This document shows, one piece after another, positions 1 through 8,703 of a stretch of DNA of 64,000 nt. The DNA is from Nannocystis radixulma (GTDB taxonomy: Bacteria; Myxococcota_A; Polyangia; Nannocystales; Nannocystaceae). Location: contig NZ_JAQNDN010000024.1 of assembly GCF_028369095.1 (NCBI RefSeq), positions 757,253 to 821,252 of the forward strand. Direction: 5' to 3'. The first letter of the stretch is position 1; the number at the start of each line of letters is the position of its first letter. The translations under genes were made by a program, and so were the position numbers. Under the pieces are notes generated by a model, which worked only from the letters and a program-made list of their open reading frames with translations, had not been told where the DNA came from and ran no database searches.

Positions 1-302
1 TAGTTCGGGGTGACCTCGAGCGCCTTGCGGGCCTGGAGGGCCTGGAACAGCAGGTTGATCGAGTTGGCGCTGATCTCACGGCCGGGGCACAGCGAGCCGC
101 CCCACTTGTAGTCGCGCTTCTGGCCCGTCTTCTCCTTGATCGTGACGGAGCCGTTGAACATGCCGTAGTTGTCGCTGCCGGGCTCGTGGAGGGTGACGGC
201 TTCGACGTTGCCGACGGTCCCGGCCGAGTCGGCGTAGGAGATGGCGGGGACGGCCACGGCGGTCAGCGCGGCGAACAGAGCGAGACGAATACGGTGCGAC
301 AT
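1..302 (-). CDS. Secreted protein, 5' portion; the gene continues beyond the window start
   Basis: Minus-strand ATG at 300-302. Translation begins MSHRIRLALFAALTAVAVPAISYADSAG…, a typical signal peptide, then a Gly/Ser-rich mature region. It is not in the ORF track because it is truncated by the window edge. Confidence 0.55.
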   Translation of the reverse strand, partial: MSHRIRLALFAALTAVAVPAISYADSAGTVGNVEAVTLHEPGSDNYGMFNGSVTIKEKTGQKRDYKWGGSLCPGREISANSINLLFQALQARKALEVTPN

Positions 303-400
303 GTTGCGGTTCTCCTGGGTCCGGCCCGGGGGGTGGGCACTCGGACTGCGGCCGGTAGAGTCCTATTTGCCAGTCCGACCTGCAACACCCAGTGAGCTAT

Positions 401-416
401 CGATCGCGCGCGATCG
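401..416. promoter_or_regulatory. Perfect 16-bp palindrome CGATCGCGCGCGATCG upstream of the secreted-protein gene; candidate operator
   Basis: Read directly from the sequence. It lies about 100 bp upstream of the minus-strand start at 302. Confidence 0.3.
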
Positions 417-515
417 CGTGCCCGCGGCGCGTGTGCGCCCGTCGGCGCGCGGTCGGCCTGGAGACACAGATGTCTCTCGGGATATGTCCGTAGAGACAGT
501 GTCCCGAAGGACAGG

Positions 516-1436
516 TCAACCGCGCTCGCGCAGGGCGCCGTGGATCTTGTCGAGCGTGTCGGCGAGGCGCGAGGCCGGGACGCTGACGCGGGTCGGCATG
601 CCGCCGCCGAGGCCGAGCAGGGCCACGAAATCGAGGCCGCTGTCGAAGCCGGCGGCGATGTTGACGGTCTGGCCGTCGACGACCACGGCCACGCGGGCGC
701 GCTCCTGGCCGAGCAGCAGCAGCTCGGTCTTGTCGAACGGGCGCTGGTTGGCGGGGACGCGCACGAGGGCGACGTCGTCCTCGACGACGTAGGCGCGGGC
801 CAGCGCCGCGGCCTCGGCCGCCATGGCGTCGAAGTCGGCCGCGGCGGCGGCGATCGCCTCCTGCTCGGGGCCGCGCGGCATGCCGGCGACCAGCCAGCGG
901 ACGATCTTGATCAGGAGGACGGTGTCCTCGTAGTGGGCGCGCAGGGCCCGGTCGACGAGCGCGCCGATCGGGCCGGGCTCGCCGATCCGGGTGTCGACGG
1001 CGCGGGCGTCGGCGTCGGCGCCGGGGTAGGGCTCGACGCCGCCGAGCAGCCACTTGGCGGCCGAGTAGAGGCCGTCGGTGTCGAAGTGGGCGACGATGGT
1101 GTCGATCGGACCTGTCTCTTCGACCATCTCGGGCGTGATGATCTCGGGGCAGGCGCCGTGCTCGGCCTTGGTGTGGAGGACGAACCGTCGATCGCCGCGG
1201 AACTGGGCGTGGCGCTCGTGATCGTGGTGGTCGACCCACCGCGCCAGGCGAGCGCCGAGGCCGGTGAGGAACTTGCCGGTGATCTTTTCGAAGCCGCTGC
1301 CGATGCCCTCGGCCGCGAAGGCGACGTCGAGCACGACCACGCGGCCGCGCAGGTTCGCCGGCTTGGGCAGGCGCCGCGGGCTGGCGAACACCAGGTCGAT
1401 CGCGGCGGCGTGAGCGGGGCCGGGCGTGGCGATCAA
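516..1436 (-). CDS. Hypothetical protein with a WVDHHDHERH metal-binding-like motif; possible phosphoesterase; start uncertain (TTG in the ORF track)
   Basis: 306-aa ORF with varied, non-repetitive composition. The opposite-strand ORF 540..1583 is low-complexity G/A/R-rich and was rejected. The start overlaps the stop of the TPR gene. Confidence 0.5.
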   Translation of the reverse strand: MIATPGPAHAAAIDLVFASPRRLPKPANLRGRVVVLDVAFAAEGIGSGFEKITGKFLTGLGARLARWVDHHDHERHAQFRGDRRFVLHTKAEHGACPEIITPEMVEETGPIDTIVAHFDTDGLYSAAKWLLGGVEPYPGADADARAVDTRIGEPGPIGALVDRALRAHYEDTVLLIKIVRWLVAGMPRGPEQEAIAAAAADFDAMAAEAAALARAYVVEDDVALVRVPANQRPFDKTELLLLGQERARVAVVVDGQTVNIAAGFDSGLDFVALLGLGGGMPTRVSVPASRLADTLDKIHGALRERG

Positions 1437-1729
1437 CCTTCCAGCGCGGCGCGGGCGGATTCGAGCTCGCCGAGCGCGTGCGCGTCACCGGCCGCGCGCG
1501 CGGCCTGCTCGCCCTGGTGGAGCACCTGCAGGGCGCCGTCGCGGTCGCCCGCCTCGACCAGGGTGTTGCCGGCCATCAGGTAGGCGGGCACGTACTCGGG
1601 GCTGCGGGCGATCAGTTCGCGGAATTCGCCGATCGCCTCGGCGAGCTGCCCGCGCCGTTTGAGCTCCATCGCCAGGCCGTAGCGCGGGAACGCCTCACCT
1701 GGCTTTTGGGCCACGAACTGTCGGAGCAT
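1433..1729 (-). CDS. Small TPR-repeat protein (98 aa)
   Basis: Internal ATG at 1727-1729 of ORF 1433..1990. MLRQFVAQKPGEAFPRYGLAMELKRRGQLAEAIGEFRELIARSPEYVPAYLMAGNTLVEAGD… reads as a TPR helix-turn-helix pattern. The upstream 87 aa of the ORF are Ser/Arg-rich junk. Confidence 0.6.
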   Translation of the reverse strand: MLRQFVAQKPGEAFPRYGLAMELKRRGQLAEAIGEFRELIARSPEYVPAYLMAGNTLVEAGDRDGALQVLHQGEQAARAAGDAHALGELESARAALEG

Positions 1730-1751
1730 CGCCAGGCGATCCACACGGACC

Positions 1752-2309
1752 TCAGGAGGCGGCCTGCTGGCGCATGCGCGGCTTGTAGGTCTGCTTGTGC
1801 TTCTCGATGTACTCGCCGGCGGGGCCGTCCTCGATCCCGAGCGCCTTGAGGACCTCGGGGGTCTGGTCGAACACCGGGGTGTCCTGCAGGTGGCCGACCA
1901 GCAGCAGGTAGCTGGCCACGTGCGCGGGCGGGTACTTCTTGAGCAGCTCGGCGACGCCCTCGCGCAGCTTCTCGGGCGTGTTGGTGACACAGAAGTCCTC
2001 GTCGGTCTCGCCCATGGTGTGCTTGACGCCGAGGAAATCGAGGTAGTCGATCAGCATCTGGCGGTTGTGGCGCATCAGCCACTCGAGCAGGAGCGCGAGC
2101 GCGAGGTTGTCGTTGCCGCGGCCCAGCTCCGCGTCGAAGCGCGTGCGCCAGGCGCGACGGCGGGCGGCCTGGGTGTACGCGGTGGAGGGGACGTTGGCGC
2201 TGCAGCCGCCGGCCTTGAGCACCTCGCGGACTTCCTTGCCCGAGAGCTTGTCGTAGTACGCGTCGATGTGGCCTTGGCCCAGGTGTTGACAGATCTCGAT
2301 CGGCTTCAC
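1752..2309 (-). CDS. Hypothetical protein (185 aa), probable GTG start
   Basis: C-terminal 185 aa of the long minus ORF 1752..5321 (VKPIEICQHLGQGHIDAYYDKLSGKEV…KHKQTYKPRMRQQAAS) have normal composition. The rest of that ORF is R/Q-rich antisense to the vWA gene. It diverges from the plus-strand gene that starts at 2424. Confidence 0.5.
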   Translation of the reverse strand: MKPIEICQHLGQGHIDAYYDKLSGKEVREVLKAGGCSANVPSTAYTQAARRRAWRTRFDAELGRGNDNLALALLLEWLMRHNRQMLIDYLDFLGVKHTMGETDEDFCVTNTPEKLREGVAELLKKYPPAHVASYLLLVGHLQDTPVFDQTPEVLKALGIEDGPAGEYIEKHKQTYKPRMRQQAAS

Positions 2310-2423
2310 AGCGCTTCCTTCGGTGGGCGGCACCCTAACCGCCCTGCCGCTTCCGCGCAACCCGGACGCGCCGGGAACGCCGTCTCGCAGCGGGCCGGCT
2401 TTTGCCGGGCGGCCCGGGGCGCT

Positions 2424-5306
2424 ATGGTTGCGGACCTCGCCGATGCGATCTTCCCCCGGCCCGCGCGCCCCGGTGCGCCCTTGACCCGCGCTGCACCCTC
2501 CGGGGCTCGCCCCTGGGCCCTGCTGTGGCTGGCCCTCGGCCTCGGCGCCGCGGCGGCGCTGCATCGCTTCGGTCCCGACGTTCCTGTCCTTTTGTTCACC
2601 CTGCCCGAGTGGCTGGAGGCCAGGCTGTCGGAGGCCGGCGACCGCACGCTGGTGCTGGCGCGCCCGAGCGTGCTGTGGCTCATGCCGGTCGCGCTGCTGC
2701 CGTTCCTCGTCGCGGTCGCGCGCCGCTCGCTGGTCGACCTGCCGGCCTGGCAGGTGGCGCTGCAGCTCGGCGCGCGCGTGCTGCTGCTGCTGGCGCTGGC
2801 GCTGGCGCTGGCCGCCCCGAGCCTGCAGGCGCCGCGGCGCGGCAAGACGGTGGTGGTGGCCGTCGACGTGTCGGCCAGCGTCGACGACGGTCAGCTGGCG
2901 GCGTTCACGGCGGTCGCCCGCGAGGTCGTCCGCCTGGTCCGCGGCGAGACGGGCGACCGCGACGACCGCACGCGCCTGCGCCTCGTGACCTACGCGAGCC
3001 GGGCGGCGGCGCTGCCTCTGTCCGAAGGGACAGATGAGGTGCAGCTGTCCCGAGAGCCAGGCGGTGGGCTGGCCAGCGATCACGCCGGGGCGCTGCGGCT
3101 GGCCGAGGCGCTGCTCGACCCCGACACCGAGGGCCGGGTGGTGCTGGTCAGCGACGGGGCCGCCAGCGTGGCCGAGCGCACCGACCTGATCGCGGCGGCC
3201 GAGGGCCTGCGCCGGCGCGGGATCACGCTGCACACCCGCACGGCCGCGCCGGCGGCCCGCGGCGACGTGCTGGTCGCCGGGGTCCACCTGCCGGGCGAGC
3301 TGCGGGTCGGGCAGACGTTCGACGCGGCGATCGACGTGTGGGCCTCCGAGCCGCGCACGCTCAAGCTGTTCGTCGACAAGGACGGGCAGCCGAACGCGCT
3401 GTCGCCGAGCGTCGAGGTGGCGCTGCGCGGCGGGCCGCAGCAGATCAAGGTGCCGGTCCGCGCCAACGCGCCGGGGCCGATCGTGATCGCGGCCCGCCTG
3501 GACGCGGCCGAGCTGGCGGCCGCCGACAACCGCAGCCTCGACAACGACCGCGCGGCGGCCGTCGGCGAGGTCCGCGGGCGGCCGCGCGTGCTCTTGGTCG
3601 GCGAGGGCGATCCGTCGGGCGCGCTGGCGCGGGCGCTGCGGGCCGACCACCTGCAGGTCGACGCCGAGGCGGCGTCGGCGATCCCGGGCGCGGCCGAGGG
3701 GCTGGCGTCGTACGACCTCGTGATCCTGTCGGACGTGCCGTCGCGCCACGTGTCGGGGGCGCAGCAGCAGGCGATCGCGAAGTGGGTCCAGGACGGCGGC
3801 GGCTTCGTGATGATCGGGGGCGAGAGCGCGTTCGGGGTCGGCGGCTGGGGCGGCAGCGTGATCGAGGACGTGCTGCCGGTCCGCTTCGAGGGCGAGCGCC
3901 AGCGCGAGCAGCCGACGCTGGCGCTGGTGCTGGTGATCGACAAGAGCGGGTCGATGTCGAGCGAGGACCGCCTCGACCTGGTCAAAGAGGCAGCTCGCTC
4001 GACGGCCTCGACGCTCGATCCCGGCGACGAGATCGGGGTGATCGCGTTCGACTCGCGCCCGGTCACGCTGGTGCGCCTGCAGCCGGCCGCCAACCGCATT
4101 CGGATCGCCGGCGACATCCGTCGGCTCAGCGCCGGCGGCGGGACGAATGCGCTGCCGGCCCTGCGCGAGGCGTACATGCAGCTCGCGGGCAGCAAGGCGC
4201 TGGTCAAGCACGTGATCCTGCTGTCCGACGGGCAGTCGCCGGAGACCGGGGTGTCGGCGCTCATCACCGACATGCGCGACGCCGACATCACGGTGTCGGC
4301 CGTCGGCGTCGGCGCGGGCGCGGGCAAGGACTTCCTGGCCCGCGTCGCCGAGCGCGGGCGCGGCCGCTACTACTTCAGCCAGGACGGGACCGATGTGCCG
4401 CGGATCTTCTCCCGCGAGACGCGCGAGGTGACCCGCAACGCGGTGGTCGAACGCGACCTGTTCGCGCGCGTGGCCAAGAGCGCCCAGGTGCTGCGCGGGA
4501 TCGATTTCGATCGCGCGCCCGGGCTCGGCGGGGTGATCCCGCTGAAGACCAAGCCGCTGGCGGAATTGCTGCTGCGCACGCACGTCGGCGATCCGCTGCT
4601 GGTCCGCGGCCGCCGCGGGCTCGGCCGCACGGTCGCGTTCGCGTCCGACGCCAAGCCGCGCTGGGCCCACCGCTGGATCGCCTGGGAGGGCTTCCCCAAG
4701 TTCTGGTCGCAGGTGGCCCGCGATGTGATGCGCCAGGGCGCCGCATCGCTCGGCGGGGCGTCGCTGCGGATCACGCCCGGCGCCGACGAGGGCAGCTTCC
4801 GCGCGGTCGTCGACCTCGACGCCAGCACCGGCTTCGTCAGCGACCTGCGCGGCGAGCTGCAGGTGATCGACCCGTCCCTTCCTGCTGGTACCGAAGGACA
4901 TACGACGAAGCTGACGACCCAGCTGACGGCGCCGGGCCGCTACGAGGCGACGGTGATCGGGGTGCGCGCGGGCCAGCGGCTGATCAAGGCGCAGATGTTC
5001 GACGACGGCCAGACACCGCCGCGGCTGGTGGCCGAGGCGACCGGCCAGGCGAGCGTGCCGTACCCGGCCGAGCTGGCGCCCGACCAACTCGGCGCCGACC
5101 CGGCCTGGCTGGCGACGCTGGCGCCCGAGGGCACGCACGCGGGGCCGATCGACGCGGTGGTGACGAGCCCCGGCGCGCCGCAAGGGACGCGCCAGCGCCC
5201 GGTCTGGCCCGAGGTGCTGTGGGCGCTGGCGCTGCCGCTGTTGATCCTCGACCTGCTGCTGCGCCGGGTGGCGTTCGGCCGGGCGCGCCGCGGCGAGATC
5301 GGGTGA
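2424..5306 (+). CDS. Large membrane protein with two von Willebrand factor A domains and a glutamine-amidotransferase-like domain (BatA-like N-terminus)
   Basis: Internal ATG at 2424 (MVADLADAIF…). Hydrophobic N-terminal helices; MIDAS motifs VVVAVDVSASV and LVLVIDKSGSM; the segment LVILSDVPSRHVSGAQQQAIAKWVQDGGGFVMIGGESAFG; a C-terminal transmembrane helix. Confidence 0.85.
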   Translation: MVADLADAIFPRPARPGAPLTRAAPSGARPWALLWLALGLGAAAALHRFGPDVPVLLFTLPEWLEARLSEAGDRTLVLARPSVLWLMPVALLPFLVAVARRSLVDLPAWQVALQLGARVLLLLALALALAAPSLQAPRRGKTVVVAVDVSASVDDGQLAAFTAVAREVVRLVRGETGDRDDRTRLRLVTYASRAAALPLSEGTDEVQLSREPGGGLASDHAGALRLAEALLDPDTEGRVVLVSDGAASVAERTDLIAAAEGLRRRGITLHTRTAAPAARGDVLVAGVHLPGELRVGQTFDAAIDVWASEPRTLKLFVDKDGQPNALSPSVEVALRGGPQQIKVPVRANAPGPIVIAARLDAAELAAADNRSLDNDRAAAVGEVRGRPRVLLVGEGDPSGALARALRADHLQVDAEAASAIPGAAEGLASYDLVILSDVPSRHVSGAQQQAIAKWVQDGGGFVMIGGESAFGVGGWGGSVIEDVLPVRFEGERQREQPTLALVLVIDKSGSMSSEDRLDLVKEAARSTASTLDPGDEIGVIAFDSRPVTLVRLQPAANRIRIAGDIRRLSAGGGTNALPALREAYMQLAGSKALVKHVILLSDGQSPETGVSALITDMRDADITVSAVGVGAGAGKDFLARVAERGRGRYYFSQDGTDVPRIFSRETREVTRNAVVERDLFARVAKSAQVLRGIDFDRAPGLGGVIPLKTKPLAELLLRTHVGDPLLVRGRRGLGRTVAFASDAKPRWAHRWIAWEGFPKFWSQVARDVMRQGAASLGGASLRITPGADEGSFRAVVDLDASTGFVSDLRGELQVIDPSLPAGTEGHTTKLTTQLTAPGRYEATVIGVRAGQRLIKAQMFDDGQTPPRLVAEATGQASVPYPAELAPDQLGADPAWLATLAPEGTHAGPIDAVVTSPGAPQGTRQRPVWPEVLWALALPLLILDLLLRRVAFGRARRGEIG

Positions 5307-5700
5307 GGCGGCGGCCGGCATCGGGCCGGTGAGTCATGGTCGATTGGGCATGTCGCAAGGGACAGGTAGTCTGGCGTTCGGCCGCGGCGAGATGTCGGGT
5401 GAGGCGCGGGCCGGCATCGGGCCGGTGAGCCATGCGTGAGGGAGCATGTCGAAAGGGACATGTCGTCGTGGCGTTTGAAGGGCCGGCGAGATGTCGGGTG
5501 AGGCGCGGGCTGGCAGGGGCCGGAGCTGGGCGAGGTGGAATGTGTGGCGTTCGGCCGGCGCGCCGCTGGAGACAGGGTGAGGCGGGGCCGGCAGGTGGCC
5601 GGGCTGAGGTCGAAGGAGAATGTCGCCATGGACATGCCGTAACAGTCATGTCTTTGTGGGCATGTGCTTGAGGGCATGTTTCAAGGGTCATGGTGAAAGC
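5288..5700. repeat. Tandem array of about four degenerate ~95-bp repeats that starts inside the last codons of the vWA gene; its AT-richer units also carry 14-bp-phased CATGTC motifs
   Basis: cgcggcgagatcgggtgaggcggcggccggcatcgggccggtgag spans the vWA stop. It recurs as cgcggcgagatgtcgggtgaggcgcgggccggcatcgggccggtgag at ~5381, again at ~5481 and again at ~5553. Each unit ends in a GGACATGTC-type segment. Confidence 0.7.
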
Positions 5701-5836
5701 CGGGCGTCGCGCCGCCCCGCGTGCGGGCGCGCTTCGGCGCTGGAGGGGTGGTCGCCAGCGACAGACCGACGTGACGGGCAGCACGGGGGAGGTTGCACCG
5801 CGGACGACGCCGCGCATCCCTGGAGGAGGGGGTACG

Positions 5837-6685
5837 ATGCAGCGGGCCGGCTCTCACTTCCGACACGATCGCGCCGCGGCGGCGCTGGCGGTGCTGCTCG
5901 GCTGCCACGCGGCCGAGTACGAGGGGATCGACGGGATGGCGCCGGAGCGAGCTTCGGAGTGCGTGGAGCCAGGCGCACGGTGGTTCAGCTTCACGGGCAC
6001 GCCGCAGGCGTTCGTGGTGCCGGAGTGCGTGACGACGCTGACGGTCGAGCTGTGGGGCGCGCAGGGCGGGCCGAGCCGCTGCGGCACCGACGACGAGCAC
6101 GGCCTGCCCGACGTGCAGGAGGACGGCGGACACGGAGGCCGATTGCGAGCTGTCCTTTCGGTCAGCCCCGGCGACATGGTGCTGGTGTACGTCGGCGGCC
6201 GCGGAGGCCTCGACGGCGCGCCCGGCTGGAACGGCGGCGGCAGCGGCGGGAGGTGGGGCGGCGGCGGCGGCGGAGCGTCGGACGTGCGCCTGAACGGCGC
6301 GAGCCTGGTCGACCGCGCGCTGGTGGTCGGGGGCGGCGGCGGCGGCGTGTGCGGCTATCCGGATCACGGAGCGGGCGGCCACGGCGGCGGGCTGGTCGGG
6401 GAGGACGGGGTAGTGGGCGACGTGAACTGGCGCGCAGGTGGCGGCGGACAGCCGCACGCGGGTGGCACGGGCGGAGCGGCGCCGGGTCAGCCCGGCGTGT
6501 TCGGGCTCGGCGGCGGAGCGGCCGGCTATCACGTGGCCGGAGGCGGCGGCGGCTGGTACGGCGGTGGCGGAGCCTTCGGGGCCGGCGGAGGCGGCGGTTC
6601 GTCGTACGTGGGCCCGGCCGGCAGCGAGGCGGAGCTCGAGATCGGGGCGCGCGACGGCGATGGTGTGGTGGTGATCAGCTGGTGA
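5837..6685 (+). CDS. Glycine-rich domain protein (PF12810-like), probable lipoprotein
   Basis: Internal ATG at 5837 (MQRAGSHFRHDRAAAALAVLLGCHAA…). Motif FSFTGTPQAFVVPECVTTLTVELWGAQGG followed by long GGGG runs, ending VVISW. Confidence 0.8.
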   Translation: MQRAGSHFRHDRAAAALAVLLGCHAAEYEGIDGMAPERASECVEPGARWFSFTGTPQAFVVPECVTTLTVELWGAQGGPSRCGTDDEHGLPDVQEDGGHGGRLRAVLSVSPGDMVLVYVGGRGGLDGAPGWNGGGSGGRWGGGGGGASDVRLNGASLVDRALVVGGGGGGVCGYPDHGAGGHGGGLVGEDGVVGDVNWRAGGGGQPHAGGTGGAAPGQPGVFGLGGGAAGYHVAGGGGGWYGGGGAFGAGGGGGSSYVGPAGSEAELEIGARDGDGVVVISW

Positions 6686-7200
6686 GCGCGCCGAACCGCG
6701 AGCGGACGATCGCGAGGCGAGCTCGAGAGCGAGACGCGCGGACGGTGTGGATGCAGAGCCGCGGAGCGGCGCGTCGCGAGGCACGGCTCTGAGACGCGGA
6801 TGGAGGCAGGCGACGGCGTCGGGGCGGTGCAGATCTGCCAGTGCGCGCGGCGTGATCCAGGTTCCCAGGTGAGCGGGTCGAATTGCGAGCGGGCGGTAGC
6901 GAGACGCGGAGCAGGCGAGGTCGCAGATCTGCTGGCAGTGAGCGCGATGGGATCGAGGCGCACAGGTGCGCGTGCCGAGATGCGAGCGGACGATAGGACG
7001 TCGTCGGGGCGGTGCAGAGCCAGGTTCCCAGGGAGTGCATCGCGACGCGGATGGAGATCTGCTGGCAGTGAGCGCGGTGTGATCGAGGTTCACAGGTGCG
7101 TGTACCGAGATGCGAGCGGACGGCAGCGGGACGCGGATGGAGATAGGTGACGTGGTCGATGGGGTGCAGATCTGCCAGTGAGCGCGGAGTCATCCAGGTC
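6665..7200. repeat. Degenerate ~100-130-bp tandem repeats, about four copies, seeded from the 3' end of glycine-rich gene 1
   Basis: The gene ends gtgatcagctggtgagcgcg. Copies of gcagatctgc(tgg)cagtg(a/c)gcgcgg…gatccaggt.cacaggtg.g occur at ~6829, 6923, 7052 and 7166. gagacgcggatggag recurs at 6791, 7044 and 7128. Confidence 0.65.
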
Positions 7201-7513
7201 CACAGGTGAGTGTGTCGTGGCCGGGCGGACGGCGGCGAGGTGCGAGGCGAAGGTCGGACTCGAGGTCGGTGCCGTGGACCGGCGAGGTGCAGCTTCGTGG
7301 TGGACCGCGACGACGTGCGGCCCCGTGGCGGCGGGGCCAAAAGCGGTGGCGAACGTCGTGCGGCGGCGAGTGGTGCCGTCTTGCGAGGATGTCTTTCGGA
7401 CATGTGCGAAGGGACATCCTCATGGAGAGCGGCGCGGCGCTGGTGATGCGGGACACAACGGGGTTTGCGTGCCTGCCTGCTGCGCATCATCCCTACAGGT
7501 CGCAGGGGGAACG

Positions 7514-8569
7514 ATGCCGATGGGACGCGAGGGCCGGTGGTGCACGTTGTCGGTGGTGTTGATGATCACCGCCGGCGGCTGCGACGAGGTCTCGGACACG
7601 TATCCCCCGCGGCCGGTGCCGGGCGCGCTCGCGGTCGCCGAGACGGGCGACGACGCCGAGGCAGACAAGGCGTCGGTGCGCGCGTGCGAGGCGGCCGCGC
7701 TCGACCTGTGCGGTTTGGAATGCGTCGACATCACGCTCGACGCGCGCCACTGCGGCGGCTGCGGCCGCGTCTGCGCCGGCACGTGCGCGGCGGGCTACTG
7801 CGAGGCGCCGTGCGAGCGCGGCCAGATCCGCTGCGACGGTCAATGTGTCGAGCGCACGCGCGTGACGCCCAGCGGCCGCGCCCGCGAGTTCGCGTTCACC
7901 GGCGCGCCGCAGACGTTCGTGGTGCCCGACTGCGTGTCGCGGATCACCATCGAGGCGTGGGGCGCCCAGGGCGGCGGCTCGCGCTGCTGCGACGGACCGG
8001 ATCAGGACGACGGCGGCCGCGGTGCTTACGTGCGCACCGAGCTCGAGGTCGAGCCGGGTGAGGCGCTTCAGATCGTGGTCGGCGGCCGCGGCGGGCTCGA
8101 GGGCGCGGCTGGTTCCAACGGCGGCGGCGTCGGAGGCGAGTTCGCGGGCGGCGGCGGCGGAGCCAGCGACGTGCGCCGCGGCGGGACGGAGCTCGACGAT
8201 CGGATCGTGGTCGCGGCGGGTGGCGGCGGCGGACAGTGCGGCTGCCCCGATCACGGCGAGGGCGGTCCGGGCGGTGTGTTCATCGGCGGCGCCGGCGTGG
8301 CGCTGTTGCCCGAGTGGCAGGCGGCGGGCGGCGGCACGCAGAGCGACGGCGGAACCGTGGGCTCCGAGCCGGGCGAGCCGGGCCTGTTCGGCAGCGGCGG
8401 CGGGGTCGGCCTGTACCACGTGGCAGGCGGGGGCGGCGGCTGGTTCGGCGGCGGCTCGGCCTACGCGGCAGGCGGAGGCGGCGGTTCGTCGTACCTCGGC
8501 GACGAGCCCGACAGCAGCGGGCTGCCCGGCGTGCGCGCGGGCGACGGAATGGTGACGATCCGCTGGTGA
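7514..8569 (+). CDS. Glycine-rich domain protein, paralogue of the 5837 gene, with a Cys-rich N-terminal region; lipoprotein
   Basis: Internal ATG at 7514 (MPMGREGRWCTLSVVLMITAGGCDE…). Motif FAFTGAPQTFVVPDCVSRITIEAWGAQGG followed by Gly runs, ending MVTIRW. Confidence 0.8.
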   Translation: MPMGREGRWCTLSVVLMITAGGCDEVSDTYPPRPVPGALAVAETGDDAEADKASVRACEAAALDLCGLECVDITLDARHCGGCGRVCAGTCAAGYCEAPCERGQIRCDGQCVERTRVTPSGRAREFAFTGAPQTFVVPDCVSRITIEAWGAQGGGSRCCDGPDQDDGGRGAYVRTELEVEPGEALQIVVGGRGGLEGAAGSNGGGVGGEFAGGGGGASDVRRGGTELDDRIVVAAGGGGGQCGCPDHGEGGPGGVFIGGAGVALLPEWQAAGGGTQSDGGTVGSEPGEPGLFGSGGGVGLYHVAGGGGGWFGGGSAYAAGGGGGSSYLGDEPDSSGLPGVRAGDGMVTIRW

Positions 8570-8624
8570 TCACGGCGCGTGGTCGTGTGTTTGTTCGCAC
8601 ATGACCGAAAAGACATCCACTCGA

Positions 8625-8675
8625 CCCGCCGGCCCGGCCTTCCCCCTCTGTCGCGGCCGGCGGGTTCCCTTTTCG
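8625..8675 (+). terminator. Candidate intrinsic terminator downstream of glycine-rich gene 2
   Basis: Stem cccgccggcc (8625-8634) pairs with ggccggcggg (8655-8664), followed by ttcccttttcg. Confidence 0.4.
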
Positions 8676-8703
8676 CGCGATCGTGGCATCCTCGGCGGTG
8701 CCC

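Noticed and set aside
1752-5321. A 1189-aa minus ORF antisense to the vWA gene
   Set aside because: Only the last 185 aa (1752-2309) have protein-like composition, and those are kept as a separate gene. The remainder is Q/R-rich junk opposite a strongly supported plus-strand CDS.
5837-8569. Glycine-rich proteins considered as substrates of the rSAM/SPASM enzymes (a GRRM-type system)
   Set aside because: They are 4-26 kb from the rSAM genes and on different transcription units. They match PF12810-type proteins rather than short Gly-rich repeat peptides. There is no supporting adjacency.
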